Below are positions 24,001-32,887 of a stretch of DNA of 64,000 nt, piece by piece. Location of the stretch: assembly GCA_965644295.1 (NCBI GenBank), contig CBFFRP010000577.1, positions 125,072-189,071 of the forward strand, written 5' to 3'. Within the stretch, counting starts at the first letter, position 1, and the number at the start of each line of letters is the position of its first letter. The DNA is from Paraphysomonas bandaiensis (taxonomy: Eukaryota; Protista; Chrysophyceae). The translations under genes were made by a program, and so were the position numbers. The notes beneath the pieces are model-generated. The model saw nothing but the letters and a program-made list of their open reading frames with translations. It did no database searches and had not been told where the DNA came from.

Positions 24001-26491
24001 TCCAACATCGATACCTACTTCGGTTCCTACATCCGTTCCTACATCTTTACCGACTTCTATCCCGACCTCAGTTCCTAGTTCTGTACCTACTTCTACACCA
24101 ACATCGATCCCCACTTCGATCCCTACGTCAGTACCAACCTCTGTTCCAACCTCAGTACCCACATCTATACCAACGTCAGCTCCAACATCAGTACCGACGT
24201 CTCTTCCTACGTCTGCACCCACTTCGACTCCAACTTCCTTACCAACCTCTGTTCCAACGTCGATTCCTACATCTGTTCCATCATCACTTCCTACTTCTGA
24301 TCCTACTTCAGTTCCCACATCTATACCCACCTCAATTCCTACATCAGTCCCTACATCGATTCCAACGTCAGTACCCACCTCAATTCCAACATCAATCCCT
24401 ACGTCTGTGCCAACATCAATACCTACTTCGGTGCCAACATCAGTCCCTACTTCTATTCCGACAGCAGTTCCTACCGCTATTCCATCATCTGTGCCGACAA
24501 GTGTACCTTCTTCCGCACCAAGTTCTTTGCCCACTTCTGTTCCAACATCCGCACCGACATCAATACCAACGAGTGTGCCGTCATCTGTACCTACCTCTAC
24601 ACCTACTTCTTTACCTACATCCGTCCCAACATCGGTACCAACATCGGTTCCTTCATCTGTTCCCACCTCATTACCTACATCTGCGCCGACATCATTTCCG
24701 ACATCAATTCCTTCTTCTGTTCCGACGTCTGTGCCAACCTCAGTTCCAACGTCTGTACCCACATCTGCTCCTACCTCGGTACCCACATCTGCGCCCTCGG
24801 CAGTTCCATCGTCGATTCCATCGTCAGTACCCACATCGGTTCCAACATCGATTCCTACTTCGGTTCCTACATCGGCTCCCACATCTTTACCGACTGCTAT
24901 CCCGACATCAGTTCCTAGTTCTGCACCAACTTCGGTACCTACATCAGTCCCTACTTCGGTCCCTACGTCGGTTCCAACTGCTGTTCCAACGTCGGTTCCT
25001 ACCTCTGTTCCATCGTCTGTTCCATCGTCTGTTCCATCATCGATTCCAACATCGGTTCCTACATCAGTTCCCACTTCTGTCCCGACGTCTAATCCTACCT
25101 CTGTTCCAACCTCATTCCCGACATCGAATCCTACTTCGGTACCAACATCTGTGCCATCATCTGTACCTACCTCGACACCAACATCTGTTCCTACATCACT
25201 TCCAACGTCTGTTCCAACTTCAGTACCGACATCACTACCAACAGCGCTTCCTACATCTGTTCCTTCAACTATTCCAACAGCTATTCCAACAGATACTCCC
25301 ACGGCGATGCCTACCTCTGTGCCCACTTCAGTGCCTACATCTGTACCTAGCTCGATCCCAACATCTACTCCAACTTCTGTTCCGACAGCGATGCCTACAT
25401 CAGTACCAACGTCAGTCCCAACATCGGCTCCGACGTCTGTTCCTACGTCAATCCCAACATCAGTGCCTACGTGTATACCTACAGCAGTGCCAACGTCATT
25501 ACCAACTTCAGTTCCCACTTCAATTCCTACGGCGTTACCTACTTCGGTCCCAACATCAGTACCAACTTCAGTTCCCACATCTTCTCCATCATCACTGCCA
25601 AGTTCTATCCCTACATCTGTTCCCTCCTCTTTACCCACATCCGTTCCTTCGTCGATTCCGACATCCATACCTACGTCGACGCCAACATCTGTCCCTAGTT
25701 CAGTTCCTACTTCCAAGCCATCATCCTTTCCTACATCGATTCCTTCATCCATTCCCTCTTCACCACCATCAAGTGTACCATCCAGTAAACCAACAGATAG
25801 TCCAACTTTTAAGCCGACTTTTGCTCCTACGCTGCGACCAGTGCTACCAAAATCACCTACTGTAGCTCCTAGCATTCGGTCCCCCAATCAGCCTTCAAGG
25901 AGCCCAACTCGTCACCCCACAGCATGTCCAACTGTATCCTTCAGTCCTACGTTTTCGCCCTCCACGTCTATTCCAACGCCACTTCCGTCATCTGTGCCGT
26001 CTGGGAACCCTACTATACAGCCGTCATCTGTGCCAACGTGTGTCCCATCGAAGTTGCCTTCGTCGGAACCATCTGTTGTACCTTCTGGTGAACCGACAGC
26101 GATTCCTTCCCGTCTACCCACTTCTGTTCCATCAAATGAGCCTACTTTCTCTCCTACAGCTCCTACCCCTGCACCCATTGACAATTCCCCGACCCCTCCA
26201 CCGACCAAAACCCCGACGCGTATACCCACTAGTGCGCCGACAAAGTCACCTATATCTGTGGCCCCCACCTTTCAACCGACCACTTCTGTGAAGGTGCCCA
26301 CTGGCAGAAGAGGACTTAGTCCCACTTCTGAACCAAGTGGTATGCCAGGAACACCAGCGCAGTCTCCGGCAATACAGACTACACAGTCTCCTACGACATC
26401 TACTCCATCGACTTCGACTCCGTCAGCTGGACCTCCTCCTATTGCGGACAGGAGACCGACCAAACGCCCTGTTTTCAACCTATTCCCATAA
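15053..26491 (+). CDS. Giant secreted mucin-like protein (3812 aa) built almost entirely of PTS[V/I/L] tetrapeptide repeats
   Basis: Uninterrupted ORF with a hydrophobic N-terminus (ISLFLLLYCARIHA). Third codon positions vary synonymously while the PTSx register is kept, which indicates protein-level selection. Confidence 0.88.
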   Translation: MSCFKVIHRISLFLLLYCARIHAASISVLSNSYAASGTYDEIKAQLDENQNTDSEAVGEGVWSCSCSQSFFPTSVPSSLPSSIPTSLPSSVPTSVPTSIPTSVPSSLPSSIPTSPPSSVPTSVPTSIPTSVPSSVPTSLPTCMPTSFPTSLPSSIPTSLPTSIPTSIPTVSPTSVPTTVPTSVPTSIPTSLPTSTPSSTPTSLPTSFPTSLPSSIPTSLPTSSPTSIPTSVPSSIPTSLPSSSPTSIPTSVPTSTPTSLPTSVPTSVPSSVPSALPTSMPSSVPTSIPTSLPTVIPTSIPTSLPSSLPTSVPTSIPTSIPSSVPTSLPTSIPTSVPTSIPTSVPTSDPTSVPTSIPTSVPSSIPTSIPTALPSSVPTSIPTSVPTSLPSSVPTSIPTSLPTSIPTSVPTSMPTSVPTSAPSSMPTSVPTSVPTSVPSSVPTSVPTSTPTSIPTSLPSSLPTSVPTSLPTSLPTSVPTSVPSSVPTSTPTSIPTSIPTSVPSSVPSSLPTSFPTSVPTSVPSSVPTSIPTSMPSSAPTSVPTSVPTSVPTSLPTSIPTSVPTSVPTSVPSSVPTSVPTSVPTSIPTSVPTSLPTSVPTSIPTSVPTSVPTSVPSSVPTSYPTSVPTAVPTSQPTSVPTSTPTSVPTSTPTSVPSSTPTSVPSSLPTSIPTSIPTSVPSCVPTSVPTSTPTSTPTSSPSSVPTSVPTSIPTSIPTSVPSSDPTSVPTSVPTSVPTSAPTSVPTSIPTSLPTSVPTSMPTSVPTSVPTCIPTSVPTSVPTSVPTSVPTSVPTSVPTSVPTSLPTSVPTSVPSSVPTSIPTSLPTSVPTSVPTAVPTSIPTSVPTSVPTSVPTSVPTSVPTSVPTSIPTLIPTSVPTSMPTSVPSSVPTSIPTSLPTSVPTSVPTAVPTSSPTSVPSSIPTGVPTSVPTAIPTSAPTTVPTSVPTSVPTASPTSVPTSVPTSVPSSLPTSIPTSLPTSVPTSVPTAVPTSIPTGVPTSVPTSIPTSVPTSVPTSVPTSVPTSVPTSLPTSVPTSVPSSLPTSIPTSLPTSVPTSVPTAVPTSIPTGVPTSVPTSIPTSVPTSVPTSVPTSVPTSIPTSLPTSVPTSVPSSVPTSIPTSLPTSVPTSVPTSVPTAVPSSVPTSVPTSIPTSLPTSVPTSVPTSVPTSDPTSLPTSIPTSVPSSVPTSIPTSLPTSVPTSVPTSVPTSVPSSVPTSVPTSIPTSAPTSVPTSVPTSVPTSVPTSLPTSIPTSVPSSLPTSIPTSLPTSVPTSVPTSVPTSIPTSVPTSVPTSVPTSAPTSVPTSVPTSVPTSVPTSLPTSIPTSVPSSVPTSIPTSLPTSVPTSVPTSVPTSVPSSVPTSVPTSIPTSVPTSVPTSVPTSVPTSVPTSLPTSVPTSVPSSVPTSIPTSLPTSVPTSVPTSVPTSIPTSVPTSVPTSVPTSLPTSVPTSVPTSVPTSVPTSLPTSVPTSVPTSVPTSVPTSVPTSVPTSVPTSLPTSVPTSVPSSVPTSIPTSLPTSVPTSVPTAVPTSIPTSVPTSVPTSVPTSVPTSVPTSVPTSIPTSIPTSVPTSMPTSVPSSVPTSIPTSLPTSVPTSVPTAVPTSIPTGVPTSVPTSVPTSVPTSVPTSVPTSVPTSIPTSLPTSIPTSVPSSLPTSIPTSLPTSVPTSVPTAVPTSIPTGVPTSVPTSVPTSVPTSVPTSVPTSVPTSVPTSLPTSIPTSVPSSLPTSIPTSLPTSVPTSVPTAVPTSIPTGVPTSVPTSVPTSAPTSVPTSVPTSVPTSVPTSLPTSIPTSVPSSLPTSIPTSLPTSVPTSVPTAVPTSIPTGVPTSVPTSVPTSAPTSVPTSVPTSVPTSVPTSLPTSIPTSVPSSLPTSIPTSLPTSVPTSVPTAVPTSIPTGVPTSVPTSIPTSVPTSVPTSVPTSAPTSVPTSLPTSVPTSVPTAVPTSIPTGVPTSVPTSIPTSVPTSVPTSLPTSVPTSVPTSLPTSVPTSVPTSVPTSIPTGVPTSVPTSIPTAVPTSIPTGVPTSVPTSVPTSLPTSVPTSVPSSVPTSIPTSLPTSVPTSMPTAVPTSIPTGVPTSVPTSVPTSLPTSVPTSVPSSVPTSIPTSLPTSVPTSMPTAVPTSIPTGVPTSVPTSVPTSVPTSVPTSVPTSVPTSVPTSLPTSVPTSVPSSVPTSIPTSLPTSVPTSVPTAVPTSIPTGVPTSVPTSIPTSVPTSVPTSVPTSAPTSVPTSLPTSVPTSVPSSLPTSIPTSLPTSVPTSVPTAVPTSIPTGVPTSVPTSIPTSVPTSVPTSVPTSAPTSVPTSLPTSVPTSVPSSIPTSVPTSIPTSVPTSVPTAVPTSIPTGVPTSVPTSVPTSVPTSVPTSVPTSVPTSVPTSLPTSVPTSVPSSLPTSIPTSLPTSVPTSVPTAVPTSIPTGVPTSVPTSIPTSVPTSVPTSVPTSAPTSVPTSLPTSVPTSVPSSIPTSVPTSIPTSVPTSVPTSVPSSIPTSVPTSVPTSIPTSMPTSVPSSVPTSTPTSLPTSVPTAIPTSIPTSVPTSVPTSIPTSIPTSVPTAIPTSIPSALPTSVPTSIPTSVPTSIPTAVPTSLPTSVPTSLPTSVPTSTPTSVPTSVPTSTPTSLPTSIPTSLPTTIPTSVPSSVPTSVPTSVPTSVPTSVPTSVPTSVPTSVPTSVPTAAPTSVPSSVPSSIPTSLPTSVPTSVPTSVPTSMPTSIPTSVPTSTPTSLPTSVPTSTPTSIPSSVPTSVPSSLPTSLPTSVPTSVPTSVPTSVPTSVPTSVPSSIPTSVPTSVPTSVPTSVPTSVPTSVPTSVPTSVPTSVPTSVPTSAPSAVPTSIPTSVPTSVPSSSPTSVPTSVPTSVPTSIPTSLPSSVPTSVPSSVPTSVPTSVPTSVPTSIPTSVPTSVPTSIPTSIPSSIPTSCPTSIPTSLPTSVPTSVPSSAPTSVPTALPSSVPTSVPSSSPSSVPTAVPTSVPTSVPTSLPTSVPTSVPTSVPTSVPTSVPTSVPTSIPTSVPTSVPTSLPTSIPTSVPSSVPTSTPTSIPTSIPTSVPTSVPTSVPTSIPTSAPTSVPTSLPTSAPTSTPTSLPTSVPTSIPTSVPSSLPTSDPTSVPTSIPTSIPTSVPTSIPTSVPTSIPTSIPTSVPTSIPTSVPTSVPTSIPTAVPTAIPSSVPTSVPSSAPSSLPTSVPTSAPTSIPTSVPSSVPTSTPTSLPTSVPTSVPTSVPSSVPTSLPTSAPTSFPTSIPSSVPTSVPTSVPTSVPTSAPTSVPTSAPSAVPSSIPSSVPTSVPTSIPTSVPTSAPTSLPTAIPTSVPSSAPTSVPTSVPTSVPTSVPTAVPTSVPTSVPSSVPSSVPSSIPTSVPTSVPTSVPTSNPTSVPTSFPTSNPTSVPTSVPSSVPTSTPTSVPTSLPTSVPTSVPTSLPTALPTSVPSTIPTAIPTDTPTAMPTSVPTSVPTSVPSSIPTSTPTSVPTAMPTSVPTSVPTSAPTSVPTSIPTSVPTCIPTAVPTSLPTSVPTSIPTALPTSVPTSVPTSVPTSSPSSLPSSIPTSVPSSLPTSVPSSIPTSIPTSTPTSVPSSVPTSKPSSFPTSIPSSIPSSPPSSVPSSKPTDSPTFKPTFAPTLRPVLPKSPTVAPSIRSPNQPSRSPTRHPTACPTVSFSPTFSPSTSIPTPLPSSVPSGNPTIQPSSVPTCVPSKLPSSEPSVVPSGEPTAIPSRLPTSVPSNEPTFSPTAPTPAPIDNSPTPPPTKTPTRIPTSAPTKSPISVAPTFQPTTSVKVPTGRRGLSPTSEPSGMPGTPAQSPAIQTTQSPTTSTPSTSTPSAGPPPIADRRPTKRPVFNLFP

Positions 26492-27209
26492 TTGTTGTGA
26501 AGGGCACTGCTCTATGCAGCATGTTTTTTGATATCATATATATTGAATTGTTGGTAAGCCAATGAGGCCTCTATACATGTTGGTGCACTAAGACAATTAT
26601 GGCAGTGACATAAAGTACTATAATTTTGAAACTAATGTGAACTGCACCGCAGTAGCAACCGCTTCGTTCACAATGTCTTGCTCTATAATTGTCATTGTAC
26701 CATGAATAGACGGTGATTTATTATGAGACAAAAGTAATAATTATATACTACATCAGATTTAGTTCTTGTAGTGTGTCTTATATTGAAAACAAGTTAGGAG
26801 TATTGAGTCTGGTATTGGCCCATAGAAATTCTATATTCTGAACGGTCACAGTTGTATAAAAACGTCACACAGGAAAGGGGTCTTCATTATTTTTCCTAAA
26901 GGCTCTGTATTGATTATATCATAGCCTTTACACTAAATATCATATCCGACAATGGTACTTTTCGTATTTGATATATATTTCATTTACATACCCTATATTA
27001 TTCTATAAACAAAATAAAACAATGACATTTTGATAATATCAAAATAACCTACTATCGTACACTAACCGATGTGGAGAATGAGGTGGAAGGATATCGAAAA
27101 GTACAAAAAATATGAAATGCCATCATTGAGTGTCTTATTAGAAACAGCGGATGTAAAAAACGAGATATTAAATTGAAATAATCTAATAAATACAGATAGT
27201 TCTAACATT

Positions 27210-27980
27210 TTGATAATATTTCACGCTACGAGAACTTTTTGTGTGTCATCAATAGCACCAAGGCGCAACAATCCATCAAAGCAAACACAATGAGCAAGCA
27301 TAATATTGATATATACTTAACACCTGCTGACTGCTGACTTCAGAGTATTTGAGTCACTTGCACCACACAAGCATTTGGCTATGAGTGGGAAGAACTTTAT
27401 GCTGTCTACATATATGCGGCTTACTTTAGTTTTCCAGAGAGGAAAATTATCCGGTACTCATCACTCAGAACACCACGAAAAGGTGTGAGTCCGACTTTGT
27501 TGAGGGCAGAAGTATCAACACACTTTACATTATAAGTAGCCAATGTTTTATTATTAGCAATAGGCGTATAAGAGCCAGAACTAATTTAGCATTGCAATTT
27601 AACTAACTCTAGTACTTAACTCTGATATCCTACTATTTTAGGCTACGAAAGCTGCTTGTGCATCACCGCAAGCTCCAAGGTGCAGCCACTTTTGCTCTAT
27701 CAGTCAAAGCAAACGCAGTGAGCAAGCAGAATGTGGATATACCTGACATATGCTGACTTCAGAATTTTGAGTCCTTAACCCGGATGCTTTAATTCAGCAC
27801 GCAGCCCATTTCCCTAACCCCGGTTATCTTTCAGGTGGTCCCAGTCCCGAATGCCTTTTTATTCATCAGGTGGACGTCTTCGGAAACCTCTCCGGTACTT
27901 ATCCCCCAGAACGCCACGAAAAGGTGTAAGTCCGACTTTATTGAGGGTAACTATTATTAGGCGGTATCAACATATTATAG
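27210..27980 (-). mobile_element. Two tandem, differently deleted copies of the SINE-like element
   Basis: CCACGAAAAGGTGT.AGTCCGACTTT.TTGAGGG occurs at ~27473 and ~27914. Tail motif TTATTATTAGCAATAGGCGT at ~27548 and hairpin block at ~27640-27690. Confidence 0.75.
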
Positions 27981-29515
27981 TACCTTCGATGTAACGAGTA
28001 CAGAAAACTTCATGGCTAGCAAACTTGCTTGATTGACACCTATTGTCGAGGTGACCATTCAATAACAGGAGGGTATAGAGTGTGCCCCTTTGTAACGCCT
28101 TGGTGTTAAATTATTACTCCAATTATTGTTCAGCTATCATATTTTGGCTATGCCGAGATCTCAAATGTCAGGAGTGCGCTTGGGCTATGGAGAATCTGTG
28201 GTCTCTATTTATGGTTGGAGTGGCATGAGCGACTATACTACTATGGAGATCTGGGTGTCTACTTTGTGGTTACTTCAATGTGACTGCTAGCTATGATTGG
28301 AACGACCTGTACTCACGTGGGTACGCCAGGACGAATCACCTTACACTAGTGATATACTGTGTATATGTGTCATTTTTTACTTACATGCTGGTAAATGTAT
28401 TCTACAAAACATTTTATATTCATTATGTCATACTATTGTCATGCTTATCACGTCACTCACATCACATTTCTGCTATATGTATGCACCACTTACACCAATC
28501 TTAATTTCATAATTATTGCAAACACGCCATGCAGTACACACACGCTGCACTGGCACTGATTCTTCTCTAGCTGTATAAGGAAAGAATTAGACATCAATGC
28601 AGTACATTCATATACATCCAGACCTGCTACTACCTCTTTGTGTATGCGTATTTCCCTCCATGTCCATCATTACACTCTTATCACCTTGCATACTGTATGG
28701 AAAACTGTAACAGTGCCTGTATAGGATCCAAGTCTTGTCATAAGCACGATCTGCATGTATACATCACATGAATATGGCGTATGTATGGTATATGTACACA
28801 TTGTATCACCTGAGGGTCCATCAATCTCGTTGTAAGGCCATTGGCGCCCTCTGTGTGGTCGTCATATTCCTGTGGAGCGCAGCGGACTCTAACTTCTTGC
28901 ATTCATGATGACTGGAGCCGTGACTTGCCTGATACATCTGTCATCATGGACTTGACCAGTGTGCCAAGTATCAGCATCTATCTCTTACTGGTTATGGAGC
29001 GCTGGCATGTGTCTGCGATGCATGAGCGAAGGGCATCATGCATCATCTTCTTGTTTTGTAGGCTGTACTTTACCGTATGTACTGTATTTTGTTGTTTGCA
29101 AAACCCCAAAAATTCTTTGTGCAAATCCGCAATTTTTTTGAAACCACGGACGATATACAATGTATATTGTCAAGTACAAGCATATGATTGGACGATATTC
29201 TCATTTTTGTGTGTTGGTGGTCTTCATAGCATTCAACGGGTGTTCCAGAGACTGATATCTCCAAATATCCCACTTTTACGAATATTTGGATCACCGTATA
29301 ACGGACTTGCCGAACAATAAATGTTCGGAAAATCGGTTTATCTCCACCGTATAATTATGATATCTAGAATATCTCGATTTTACGAACACATTATTGTTCG
29401 GCATTTTTTTACCGTTTGGCCACTATCGCCATTCAAACCATACAACACCAATGCCCATAAACTGCAAGAACAAAGAACTTAGAACAAATAAAGCACTTAA
29501 AACAAACCAAGCACA

Positions 29516-31645
29516 ATGGATATTATTAGAGAGCAAAGTGAGTTCAGAGATGAGATTGCACAGCAAACCAAGCAGATGCGGTTAACGGATAGCACCCGCA
29601 GGCAATATGCAGACAGGGTCAGGGCCTTTGCACATTGGCTTGATGAGCATTACCCCGCCTGCGTGGAAAGAGACAACGGTGACAAGCTCACACCAATACT
29701 ACCGATACCTGACGTAGTCATGGAAAAGTACATGGCTCATGTGCTTCTTAAAATAGACAGCCGCACTGGTCTGTACTATGACCCTCCACAATATTACTCG
29801 TTTGCACACGTTAATGGACATCGAAGTGCTCTTAAGAATATGTACACGGAAAAGCGAATGAACCCTTCACCGGAAATAGAGAGTATGTTTAAGGAAACTC
29901 TCGAGGGATTCAAGAGGAAGGTTGCTGACCTTAAGCAGCGTGGCTTATTACCTTCACGAGAAGGCAAGGCTGCAATGACCATGAAAGGGTACATATTTCT
30001 TGCAGAGAAAGCAGCTAAACAGGACCATGACTTTGGACTGTATACATTTTGCTTGTCCTATTTATTGCTATGCTGGAATTTGATAGCAAGATCTGTAACA
30101 GTTGCACATATAATGTACGATCATATATCTTGGGAGGAGGATGCACTGACCATTAATATTGGCAAACAGAAGAATGATCAAGAGGGAAGCAATGGATTTC
30201 CGCGTCATATATATGCAAACCCAAAAAACCCTATAATATGTCCTATTTTGGCATTATCAGTATGGGTGTTTACTCAAGGCTATCATCGTGAAGGCTCTGA
30301 TAGGCGCCTCTTCGGGAACCCAAGAAGTTCTCAAGATCGATTTGAGAAATGGCTCTCTAAAGTACTTAAAACATTTGCTGATGCTATTATATCTCTGGGT
30401 ATAATGATTGCAGAAATAGGAACACACTCATTCAGAAAAGGTGTTGCAACGGCATTAGCTAATTGCCCTGGTGGACCCAGTGCCATAAATATATGGTTGC
30501 GAGCTGGATGGAGTTTAGGACCCGTTCAGAGTCGATACATATTTGAAGGAGCAGGTGGAGATCAATTTGTTGGCAGGGCAGCTACAGGTATATCAAGCAG
30601 TGATCCCGACTTTGCTATTCTTCCACCTCATTTCGATGACACTAATGGCCCGGTTCTATCCGTTGAAGAATGGGAAGACATACTGCCTGGCTTCACATCA
30701 TTCTATCCTGAGAATTTTAGAGTGGCTTTGCCTTATCTTCTTGCTTCGCTGGCATATCATCATGACTGGCTATTAGACACTCTTTCACCAAATCATCCTC
30801 TGTTTCTTCAAAGAGTTTGGACAAGTGGTATACTACAACGTCTACGACCGAAAGTATTAACTGGTGTGTTTCGAAATGATGTGTCAAGAATGAATGCTAC
30901 TGGTGTTCCACCCAATGTGATTCTAGCTAATCGTATGTCGTCGCTGGAAGCAAATGTCGGGAACTTATCTAGAGGTATGCGAGAAATGCATACGACATTA
31001 CCGGAAGCATTGTGTACGAGAATGCTTGATAAGTTTACAGTTAATGGTGCGGTGCCAATAACTAGTACCGACATCGATAGTCTACGCGAAACACTTTTAG
31101 AAGAAATCAGAACAAGATGTACTCCACATAATGTGGAGCAAATTTCTACACAAGAAGAGCAATCCACATCACAAGAGAAGCCTGGATTTTACACATGGGG
31201 AGGGCGCCATCATTTGTTTCCAGAGGGCTTTCGTTTTCCAAAAGGTAACATAAAAATGCTGTGGGATCTGTGGTGGGGGGGAGAACCTCAGAGACATATA
31301 TTACCCTACAGAAAAATCAAAGGCTTCGATTTATCCCGAACTGACCGGGTAAACTGGAGTAAATGTACCTGCATCATGAACGCACTAGTCTCCAAGGGCA
31401 TAGAGATGAACGAGATCGGAGCAGTAGAGGATATTAGTAGCCTACTACCACGACAAAGAGATGCGTTATTCAGCAAAGTGTTTATACCTTTCTGTATGAA
31501 CATATTCGCGGTTGCTAATCCCGTTCTTCTCGATGATATAGGCATCGGAAAAATGTCATATACGACATTCTACGATTACATGAAGGGTCGCAAGAGGAAT
31601 AAACGTAGACGGAATGAAATGGAGCAAACGGAAGAAGATAATTGA
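29516..31645 (+). mobile_element. CryptonS-type tyrosine recombinase transposase ORF (709 aa, intronless, intact); element ends not defined
   Basis: Catalytic set R (WNLIARS), K (KQKNDQEG), HxxR (THSFRKG), W (RAGW) and Y (QSRY). The C-terminal YTWGGRHHLFPEGFRFP...LWDLWWGG domain is typical of stramenopile Cryptons, followed by a basic NLS-like tail. Confidence 0.88.
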
Positions 31646-32887
31646 CTGGTACATGTCTATGTTTGTGTCGTATATACGTGAGGGGGTCTGTGAGACTATT
31701 AACAGTCACCTTCACGTATATACATGAACAGACATCGCATTAATGGAGGGGTTGATGAGAATATGACGCTCAAGTAGATAGCTATCGGCTTCTGGTGTAG
31801 ATATCATCTTGTTTCATGGCACTACTGACAGTTTAAAGTAACATGTAAAGTTGAACGTTAGATGACATACACATACAACACCATTCTACAACAGTACTCT
31901 ACCACAATTATACAACAGTATACAGCAGTAATACTACATAATACCGTTCTGTTCGTATACTGTTCGTAAAAGCGGACCTTCTATAAATAATCAACCAAAT
32001 CTTGTGGAATCTTTTGTAGAATATTGTTCTAGATATTATTGTGTGCTTCTGGATAGCTTGTAGAACATGAGTGATTCTTTATGAGTTGATTTTGTGCGTA
32101 GCATGCTATTACTTCTTTTGTTATATATGTTTGCTTTGAACGCGTATAGAGGGGCGTCTGTATAAAGCTGGAGGGTGCTCTGACTACTTGCAGAGCTAAG
32201 TTAGCAAATTATCTTCACTTATGCATTACCTTACTTGTTACATACATACACATCATTCTCTGCACCTGGTGTTCGTACACCGTGTTAAACTATACCTTAA
32301 GGCATTCAACCAGCTGCTTACCTTGGTTTGATAATCTATATATTTGTAGCCATCAAATGAACATTCACTGGCATCAGATACGACGCTCCCATCATCAGAT
32401 ACTTTTCACTTTTCAGTGTCTTCACACTACTACCGTTGCAACAGCTACCACTGAGACAAGGGGAAACAATGTTTCAGACTTGGTGTGTATAGTTGTCACA
32501 AGCTTATGACGGTTTGAAGACCAAAATCTATCTAAAATATAAGTAAAATTGCTTTGCAGGACCTATGATGACGATTGATCTGAACAATAAAATGAAACGT
32601 CAAAAACCAACTCCAGGCTTGCTGTAGTACTTAGAATATACTTCAGACAGTACATATCCTTAGTGATTCGAAGTGTAGTCATTGGTTGTAATAAATATAG
32701 TTGTGAAATAAAAAATAATACACAGTAAATTTATAGCATACACATATGAAACTTCATATAAATTTGGTGTTATCATCTACCCTCAGAGTCAGAATGATAT
32801 GACACAGGTCAAAACGAAAGGGTTAACTTAGTTTTTTTCAGCAAAGCACCACTTTGAAGTGACCACGAAAAATGTATATATTATTGA

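Noticed and set aside
15253-25887. 3544-aa antisense ORF and long alternative-frame ORFs (1779 and 2686 aa)
   Set aside because: Shadows of the PTSx codon pattern, which rarely yields stops in those frames. Only the 15053 frame has a signal-like start and conserved amino acids.
27620-27655. CTGAT...CGAAA as a hammerhead ribozyme core
   Set aside because: It reads CTGATAT rather than CTGANGA, lies antisense to the element, and the flanking stems are not evident.
27812-27821. CCCTAACCC inside a SINE copy as a telomerase RNA template
   Set aside because: Not conserved in the copy at 12560-12580, and short enough to arise by chance.
28180-28790. TATGG motifs as the left CryptonS terminus
   Set aside because: Several candidates occur on the left, but I found no matching TATGG to the right of the ORF, so the ends cannot be called.
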